In this document: positions 58,132 to 64,000 of the stretch, piece after piece
Layout: each line of letters begins with the position of its first letter
How positions within the stretch are numbered: the stretch's first letter is position 1
DNA from: a marine bacterium B5-7
GTDB lineage: Bacteria > Pseudomonadota > Gammaproteobacteria > BQJM01
Assembly: GCA_021604705.1 (NCBI GenBank)
Contig: BQJM01000006.1
Coordinates: forward strand, 2,087 to 66,086
Direction of reading: 5' to 3'
DNA: 64,000 bases
Notes under the pieces: model-generated
The model's input: the letters and a program-made list of their open reading frames with translations, nothing else
Database searches by the model: none
Told to the model about the DNA's origin: nothing
Translations under genes and position numbers: made by a program

Positions 58132-60300
58132 ATGCAACTTCGTATCCATGTGGGTTTTATGCCGGAAGAGGTGTCAGCAAAGCTCAAACCCTGTCTTGAT
58201 AGGCGGCGATCAGAGCGCTCTATCATTATCATTTCACGAGATGATCCTGTCGGTAATGCTGCATTATTTGAGCAACCACTGTTACGCTACAAAGGTTTAT
58301 GTGCATCCCTCGAGCAGGGGCGGTGGGCGAGCCTTTTTAGTCCGATTTTGAGATCTGATGTTGATGACGTCTGCGAGACACTTACCCAAAAAATAGAAAG
58401 GCACATGGACTTTGATATTCGCGATTACCGTTTAGCCGATCTCAAATGCAAGTTGAAAGATACAAAAGATGGTCGTCCCCCCTTAACTGTCATGCGGGTT
58501 GGGCAAGGGAGTGTCTCAGATATTTTCTTTCAGCTTCCTGAAATGGGTTTTCAACCAAATTTATCGGTAAGACTGGCAGAGGGTGTTTTTCAGGGGGTGC
58601 TAGACTGGTTAGCAACCCTTGATCCTAACCTTTATGGCGATATAAACCTTGATATTTTTGGTGCGGGCGGCTCAGTGAATGCGTCCTGTTCGCCCGGTTC
58701 TATGCATGCTATTCAGGCAGTATTCAGTATCCGACGTTTACTAAAAACAACGTGTTTCACGAGCAAGCTTGCCCTAAAATATCTCTCAGATTCGGGTATG
58801 GATAATAAGCCTGGTGTGGTGCTGCAAAGTGGTGAGCTGTTAGATCATTTTCTGGCGCAGGAAGTGTCTCGCTATATCTTGTTGGTGCTAGCGTCAGATC
58901 TCGAGTCATATTCTCTCAGTCGTCCTTATTTGGAATATCTAAAAAGAAAGGCTCCTGACTACAGGCAGTGTAGTGAAAAAGTTAATACTTTGGTTGCAAA
59001 AAATGTTGAGATAGATGCCGACATTAATCGGCTTTATTCTTGCATGGGTTTATCTGAAGAGCCTTCTGTGAAAAAGGCGATTATCGAGAGTCTTTCTATT
59101 AGGAAGGCTCAAAAAAAACAAATTGAGGCAGAGTTAAAATATTTCTCTGATGAGAAAAAAGTAATTGAGCAAAAAGAAATTGATGGTATTAAAGCGATTG
59201 CTGATATTGTTGCTCCTGGGGAGCGGCGTCAACTACTACGAGACTTGTTAGCACGTAGTGTAAGAAATTTACCACCACATTCTGTTAGCTGTAGTGCCGG
59301 TATGTTTTTAGATGCAATGATGAAGCGGGCATGTAACAAACTGTTCGGAAGTTATGTTTCAGATGCAAATATGGAAGATGATATTTGTATTGAACTAGAC
59401 ACACACCTTAAAAAATGGGTTTCGCGCTTTAATGAAGAACATGTTACGACTATTCAGCTTATGTCTACGTGTAGAAGGGTCCATTGTGATCCTTATTGCA
59501 TTCCAGACGATGTGGTAAAAGCATTTAAAAACTGGGCATGTGACAAAAAGTATAGCCTTGAACATTATGTTAGCGCGGTTGTTTGGGGTGTGAGTGGATT
59601 TGATCAGCGTTATTTGCCTGAAACGGCATCTTGGGATCTTGAGGGCATTGACCATGAAGAGGTTGCACAGAGATTGGGCTTTAGGACAACGTGCAAAAAT
59701 GGACAGAAAATTATTTTAGATCCGTTTTGGCGTGAAATAGCGACGGATCTCTTGGATGACATTATTTCTGGGAAGGCATTTCCACCATCAATTGACCAAG
59801 AAGAGCGCGAGGGTCTTGCAAAGGAATTCGTCATGCTAAAAGATAAATTAATGTTTTGGTCTGCGAATGGTTTTTCTGTGCCAGCAGATATTCAGCAAGG
59901 ATTAGAAAAACACTTAAAAACGTTTTTGAATAAATGTTCTCTTCGGTTTGAGAATGAAGCAAATGAATTATGTTATCAAGTTTGGATCCGGCAAGGTAGC
60001 TGGGGTGGTAATGCCGCGCAGAGTTTATTTACGTTAGCAGAACCCTTGGATGCCTCACGACCAGAAGAGTATGCGGGTTTGGTGGATAGAGCTTTTTATG
60101 TTTCAACGAATATTGTTGCTTTACAACAGCGAGGGAAGGAATTAATTGAGCAGCAAAGTTTGAAAGAGCAGTTAGCGCAAGTAAATTCGAGAATCCAGAA
60201 TCTTTCTTCAGAAGTTGAGCAACTAAGAAGAAGAATCGCTGAAGCTGGACGAGGAGGTGCAACACCGGTAACCGTATTAGGACTAAATATCCCCACTTAG
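58132..60300 (+). CDS. Orphan hypothetical protein (722 aa) with C-terminal coiled coil
   Basis: ATG follows aggtgg. It lies 41 nt after the 108-aa ORF. C-terminal QQRGKELIEQQSLKEQLAQVNSRIQNLSSEVEQLRRRIAEA. Confidence 0.55.
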   Translation: MQLRIHVGFMPEEVSAKLKPCLDRRRSERSIIIISRDDPVGNAALFEQPLLRYKGLCASLEQGRWASLFSPILRSDVDDVCETLTQKIERHMDFDIRDYRLADLKCKLKDTKDGRPPLTVMRVGQGSVSDIFFQLPEMGFQPNLSVRLAEGVFQGVLDWLATLDPNLYGDINLDIFGAGGSVNASCSPGSMHAIQAVFSIRRLLKTTCFTSKLALKYLSDSGMDNKPGVVLQSGELLDHFLAQEVSRYILLVLASDLESYSLSRPYLEYLKRKAPDYRQCSEKVNTLVAKNVEIDADINRLYSCMGLSEEPSVKKAIIESLSIRKAQKKQIEAELKYFSDEKKVIEQKEIDGIKAIADIVAPGERRQLLRDLLARSVRNLPPHSVSCSAGMFLDAMMKRACNKLFGSYVSDANMEDDICIELDTHLKKWVSRFNEEHVTTIQLMSTCRRVHCDPYCIPDDVVKAFKNWACDKKYSLEHYVSAVVWGVSGFDQRYLPETASWDLEGIDHEEVAQRLGFRTTCKNGQKIILDPFWREIATDLLDDIISGKAFPPSIDQEEREGLAKEFVMLKDKLMFWSANGFSVPADIQQGLEKHLKTFLNKCSLRFENEANELCYQVWIRQGSWGGNAAQSLFTLAEPLDASRPEEYAGLVDRAFYVSTNIVALQQRGKELIEQQSLKEQLAQVNSRIQNLSSEVEQLRRRIAEAGRGGATPVTVLGLNIPT

Positions 60301-60382
60301 CTGAGCCCATATTTGTATTGGAAAGAATAAGCAAGGTATTATCTTTTTGATATTTTTTGGCCCCTGTTTTCCTGCTACAGCC

Positions 60383-60478
60383 CAAATTACCATGCACTTT
60401 GGTCCTGGCAGGGACAAATTACATTGCATTTTGTCCCTGCCAGGGCCAAAATGTAAAATATATTCAAGCGTAAACAGG
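60383..60478 (+). promoter_or_regulatory. Three phased 32-bp repeats directly 5' of ATPase paralogue F
   Basis: caaattaccatgcactttggtcctggcaggga / caaattacattgcattttgtccctgccagggc / caaaatgtaaaatatattcaagcgtaaacagg. Units 1 and 2 match at 25/32; cctggcagggacaaa and tttgtccctgccagg form a 15-bp inverted repeat. Confidence 0.75.
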
Positions 60479-60485
60479 TTATCCC

Positions 60486-61646
60486 ATGTCATCTCCCAGT
60501 GAATTTCAACGATCGTTAAATATACCGCTGGATGTTAATCAGAGCTTCTTCCTCTTTGGTCCTCGTGGTACAGGCAAAACGAGCTGGTTAAAAGCCAATG
60601 TAAAAAATGCCATTTATTTTGATTTGTTAAAAGCAAAATGGCGTAATCTTTTTTTAGCTGATCCGGGCCGGCTTGAGGAAAATATACCAGAGAATTTTGA
60701 TGGATGGGTGATTATTGATGAAGTGCAAAAAGCACCTGAACTCTTAAACGAAGTGCATCGTTTAATTGAAGAAAAACGTTACCGATTTATTTTGACAGGA
60801 TCCTCTGCTAGAAAGTTACGTCAGGAGGGCGTGAACTTATTAGCGGGTCGTGCGTACATCTACAACATGCACCCACTCACAGCAGAAGAAATGGGAGATG
60901 CGTTCCAGCTTGATAAATATCTCTTACATGGCGGTATTCCAGCTATTTATAATACAGAACTAAGTGCTGAAGAATTTCTAGCAAACTATATTGAAACCTA
61001 TCTTGAACAAGAAGTATTGCAAGAAGGATTGATTCGGCAACTAGAACCCTTTGCTCGTTTCTTAGAGAGCGCGTCTTTTTCTCAGGGAAGTACTTTAAAT
61101 ATGACAGCGGTTGCACGAGACTGTGCGGTGAGTCGAAAAATTGTCACCGGGTATTTTGATATTCTAAAAGACTTGTTGATAGGCTATAAATTGCAGCCAT
61201 TTACACGTCGTGCTCAGCGGCGTTTAACAATGAATCCCAAGTTTTATTATTTTGATGTAGGCGTTTTTCGCTATTTACGTCCTCAGGGACCATTAGACAG
61301 TACGAAAGAGTTAGATGGTCCTGCTTTAGAAACCCTTTTCTTACAAAATTTGCGGGCGATTAATGACTATCATCATTTAGGTTACTCGCTTTATTATTGG
61401 CGAACGAGTACGGGAACAGAAGTTGATTTCGTTTTGTATGGTGAACGTGGTTTTTATGCATTTGAAATAAAGCGGAGTGCGAAGATTACAAAATCGGATC
61501 TAAGTGGTTTAGGTGCTTTTCTGAAAGATTATCCTGAGGCAAAGGGATACTTGTTATACGGCGGTACGCATCGCGAGTACCATGGCAATATCACTGTACT
61601 TCCTTTCATTGAAGTTATTCAAACATTACGCGATTTCATTGGTTAA
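60486..61646 (+). CDS. AAA+ ATPase with PD-(D/E)xK-like C-terminus, paralogue F
   Basis: GPRGTGKTS, IIDEVQK, TGSSARKL, TEVDFVLYGERGFYAFEIK. Confidence 0.85.
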   Translation: MSSPSEFQRSLNIPLDVNQSFFLFGPRGTGKTSWLKANVKNAIYFDLLKAKWRNLFLADPGRLEENIPENFDGWVIIDEVQKAPELLNEVHRLIEEKRYRFILTGSSARKLRQEGVNLLAGRAYIYNMHPLTAEEMGDAFQLDKYLLHGGIPAIYNTELSAEEFLANYIETYLEQEVLQEGLIRQLEPFARFLESASFSQGSTLNMTAVARDCAVSRKIVTGYFDILKDLLIGYKLQPFTRRAQRRLTMNPKFYYFDVGVFRYLRPQGPLDSTKELDGPALETLFLQNLRAINDYHHLGYSLYYWRTSTGTEVDFVLYGERGFYAFEIKRSAKITKSDLSGLGAFLKDYPEAKGYLLYGGTHREYHGNITVLPFIEVIQTLRDFIG

Positions 61647-61677
61647 CGGAATAGATTTGGTCATCTTGGATGTACTA

Positions 61678-61703
61678 CTGTCACCTCGGGCGAAATGACA
61701 GTG
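61678..61703. repeat. Degenerate REP-like short inverted repeat
   Basis: ctgtcacctcgggcgaaatgacagtg. Confidence 0.3.
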
Positions 61704-61758
61704 TTTGTTTCTTCGGAAAATGCTAGGTGACAAGCTTAAGAACCCATTATTTTTGACC

Positions 61759-61812
61759 ATTTTGCACGATCTTGCAAAATAGTCATGACTTTTCTGCATT
61801 ATCGTGCAAATT
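61759..61812. repeat. Two palindromes of the ATTTTGCA-N6-TGCAAAAT type at a 32-bp period, with no adjacent gene start
   Basis: attttgca cgatct tgcaaaat (61759-61780) and the degenerate tttctgca ttatcg tgcaaatt (61791-61812). Confidence 0.7.
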
Positions 61813-61844
61813 AGTCAGGTTGAAATATATAGTAGCACAACATA

Positions 61845-61928
61845 TTACTAAGTATGATTAGTAAAATTATGGATCCTTACTAAGTATAATTAGTAAGGTC
61901 AAGTATTCTTACTAAGTATCATTAGTAA
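61845..61928. repeat. Orphan array of three 20-bp palindromes at an exact 32-bp period
   Basis: ttactaagtatgattagtaa (61845), ttactaagtataattagtaa (61877), ttactaagtatcattagtaa (61909). Confidence 0.85.
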
Positions 61929-62009
61929 CAGTGGGTTTCGAGATGGGTTAAATCCTTGTTTTGATTTTTCAGGGTTCATGCTGTGCAAATAACAGTGCGG
62001 GGTAAGCGC

Positions 62010-63056
62010 TTACTTTCTTCGTTGACCTGGGGATGGCAAAGGAGAGGTTCGTGCAGAAGAAGCGTCGTCAGCAGAGTCAGTAGCTGATGATGACGGGTCG
62101 GTGGTTGGTATACAAGAAAGTCGTTCAGCAAAGAGTTTTTCTTCTTGTGTATGTAATTCTTTTAAGTGAAAGAAAAAATCATGTTGAGCAAGCTCAGTTA
62201 AGCAACGCATATATTGTTGTAGCCAAGTGCTACTGAGTTCATTTTTTAAGAAAGGACGCGTATCGTCGTTGAACAGCGTACCTAAGGGTTTTGCCCAGGC
62301 GGTTTCGTCGTTAGCTTTAGGGAGTGTTTCGCTGACATCTAGGTATAAGGCATGTTGATAATACTTAATAGTCTGGTGTAGGAAGTAGGCGGCAATGTGT
62401 ACATCAAGGGCAAAGTGGTAAGTTTGGTAAGTGACATCGTTAATCACAGCATCCGCTAGGTTTAACCAATAGTGGGCGTGTTCCACGTAGGTCGAGATTT
62501 TATCTTCTGTCGATGTGTCGGTGCTTAGTTGTTTGAGTGCGGTATCCTGTGAACGACGACTTTCTTGGCGTTTTTTATACTCTGCAAAGAAAATAGGTTT
62601 TTGAGTTTCAGGTGAACTCCGCCATGTCAATGTGCTATCGAAGTCTAGTGGTAGTTCAGCTCCTTGTGTAGCTAGCGCGATGAAAGCTAGGACGATGGAG
62701 TAGGCACCTGAGTCCAGTAAGTGGCTTTCCCAGCGGCTGGGGCTGCCTTTTTCACAGCGAAGCGGAGAAACATTGTGCTTGGTAATTAAGTCAATAAATT
62801 TTTTTGCATCCGATTTAGATGTGTCAAATAGACCATAAAGGCTATCATGTTCTTCCGTATCTGACAGCCAAGCAAACATTCCCCTTGCTGGTGTAGGCTC
62901 AGCACCTAAAGCGACCGCCGTTGTAAATGTGATGTCACTATACATCTGGAAATTTACCTCTGTGCCCGACGGGACGATTGTAACACAATCGGACAGGTTC
63001 AGGCCTGTTTTTTTGTAGTCCTCCTGGAAAGTCACTGCTGTATAGTTATTTTCCAT
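62010..63056 (-). CDS. Orphan hypothetical protein (348 aa), Ser/Asp-rich C-terminal tail; member of a local paralogue pair
   Basis: ATG start. Its 3' 87 nt match 63914-64000 at 83/87. Confidence 0.5.
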   Translation of the reverse strand: MENNYTAVTFQEDYKKTGLNLSDCVTIVPSGTEVNFQMYSDITFTTAVALGAEPTPARGMFAWLSDTEEHDSLYGLFDTSKSDAKKFIDLITKHNVSPLRCEKGSPSRWESHLLDSGAYSIVLAFIALATQGAELPLDFDSTLTWRSSPETQKPIFFAEYKKRQESRRSQDTALKQLSTDTSTEDKISTYVEHAHYWLNLADAVINDVTYQTYHFALDVHIAAYFLHQTIKYYQHALYLDVSETLPKANDETAWAKPLGTLFNDDTRPFLKNELSSTWLQQYMRCLTELAQHDFFFHLKELHTQEEKLFAERLSCIPTTDPSSSATDSADDASSARTSPLPSPGQRRK

Positions 63057-63125
63057 GGCTCTTGTGATATTGTTTAGATCAATAAGGTCTAAGTAGGTTA
63101 GGGGGATGGTATCCCAGAACAGACT

Positions 63126-63824
63126 GTGGTTGTGAATGAAGATGATATTTCTACGCTCTATCGTATTATCAAGGTGCTATTGGAAATCATTCCGCCCAGT
63201 GCGCTGGCGGGTGCAGCCATTCAAACGATCAAAACACAAACGGGCGCCCCTGTCTTAGCTGGACTAAGTGCTGCGGTTTTTTTTGTGAGGCAAGGGGTCA
63301 GGCATCATCAGAAGCGAAGAAATACACAAAATCAAAGAAAAGTAATTTATGACAAGGCAAAAATTAAAGTTAGTGTTCCTGCTGCTAATGCATTGAATGC
63401 TCAACACTTCCCAGCTCTTCCCTGGCATCGTCGCATTGGTCGTTATTCATGGCGCTGGGAAGGCTTTGTCATGCCGATTGCCATCGTACTGATGATGACA
63501 TTTTCTATTATGTTAGAAATGACTGGTACGCCAAAAGAAACCACAACAGGTTGGCGAAATGACAGTTTGACAGGCCGGCTTATGCAAACGTTATCTGAAA
63601 GTTTGGTAACGGATTTACCTCAGCAGATGGGTGGACGCGTATCGGATTTGCTTATTGCCTTTTTCATGTATTGGTATCAATACATGATCGCGTTAAATGT
63701 TGATGATGAAGCTTCTCAGGTCGATAAATTTGAAAGATCGGTGAATGATGAAATGATGGCGCGCGCTGACCGCACGATTGGTGAGAAGAATACATTAGTT
63801 CGGGAAATCAATAGATTTAGCTGA
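63126..63824 (+). CDS. Hypothetical membrane protein (232 aa)
   Basis: GTG start. Hydrophobic segments ALAGAAIQ..VLAGLSAAVFFV and FVMPIAIVLMMTFSIML. Confidence 0.4.
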   Translation: MVVNEDDISTLYRIIKVLLEIIPPSALAGAAIQTIKTQTGAPVLAGLSAAVFFVRQGVRHHQKRRNTQNQRKVIYDKAKIKVSVPAANALNAQHFPALPWHRRIGRYSWRWEGFVMPIAIVLMMTFSIMLEMTGTPKETTTGWRNDSLTGRLMQTLSESLVTDLPQQMGGRVSDLLIAFFMYWYQYMIALNVDDEASQVDKFERSVNDEMMARADRTIGEKNTLVREINRFS

Positions 63825-63844
63825 GGCTACTAGGATAGTGTGCC

Positions 63845-64000
63845 CTAAAATAAATTTAGCTTTAACTTTGCGTCGTCAGCAGAATCAGCGGGTGATGATG
63901 AAGGGGCAGTCGCTGGTATACGAGAAAGTTGTTCAGCAAAGAGTTTTTCTTCTTGTGTATGTAATTCTTTTAAGTGAAAGGCAAAATCATGTTGAGCAAG
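63845..64000 (-). CDS. 3' end of a paralogue of the 62010-63056 gene (partial, runs off the window)
   Basis: Reads ...LSRIPATAPSSSPADSADDAKLKLNLF* in the same frame as ...LSCIPTTDPSSSATDSADDASS... of the paralogue. Confidence 0.5.
   Translation of the reverse strand, partial: LAQHDFAFHLKELHTQEEKLFAEQLSRIPATAPSSSPADSADDAKLKLNLF

Noticed and set aside
56066-60300. Possible paralogy between the 384-aa and 722-aa orphan proteins (LSENAYKALKAWLPTL versus LAEGVFQGVLDWLATL).
   Set aside because: Only about 6 of 16 identities in one short segment, which is not supportable without a profile alignment.
62106-64000. The near-identical paralogue 3' ends as a diversity-generating retroelement TR/VR pair.
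   Set aside because: The four mismatches in the 87-nt block are a/g, c/t, a/g and a/c, so they are not confined to adenines of one copy. No reverse transcriptase is nearby.
1-64000. Integrase, transposase, phage or conjugation genes that could explain the cassette-like insertions and direct repeats.
   Set aside because: None of the ORFs shows DDE, tyrosine- or serine-recombinase, or phage structural motifs that I can recognise. The mobility mechanism therefore remains unexplained.

Overview
This 64-kb window looks like a chromosomal segment of a gammaproteobacterium. Its gene content resembles Legionellales (my inference): split gcvPA/gcvPB, ankyrin/LRR/TPR/Fic proteins, and dense GTCATCCCGG..CCGGGATCTCC stem-loop repeats.

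About 30 housekeeping genes sit in conserved blocks:
- parC-rsmD-M16 peptidase pair <> ftsY
- rpoH
- guaC-waaF
- gcvT-H-PA-PB
- MFS-glyA-nrdR-nusB-pgpA
- ettA and an M20 peptidase
- topA-smg-dprA <> def-fmt-rsmB
- ctp-gpmI <> yibN-like-grxC-secB-gpsA
- rpsT <> murJ-ribF-ileS

Accessory material is interspersed between these blocks:
- Six diverged AAA+ ATPase genes carry a PD-(D/E)xK-like C-terminus (AAA_14/DUF4143-like), roughly one per 10 kb.
- There is a class II Fic protein.
- There is a decaying HigB-like/HTH toxin-antitoxin locus.
- Orphan and eukaryote-like proteins are present, concentrated after ileS (56-64 kb).

I recognised no rRNA, tRNA, CRISPR, transposase or integrase.

The most unusual signal concerns the ATPase paralogues. 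Five of the six are immediately preceded by their own large palindromes or phased repeats: 3 units at a 32-33 bp period for three of them. Similar gene-less arrays bracket a three-gene module at 57.5-61.9 kb. One ATPase gene is flanked by 57-bp direct repeats inside an otherwise conserved divergent intergenic region.

All calls come from reading the ORF track and the sequence by eye. No searches were run.
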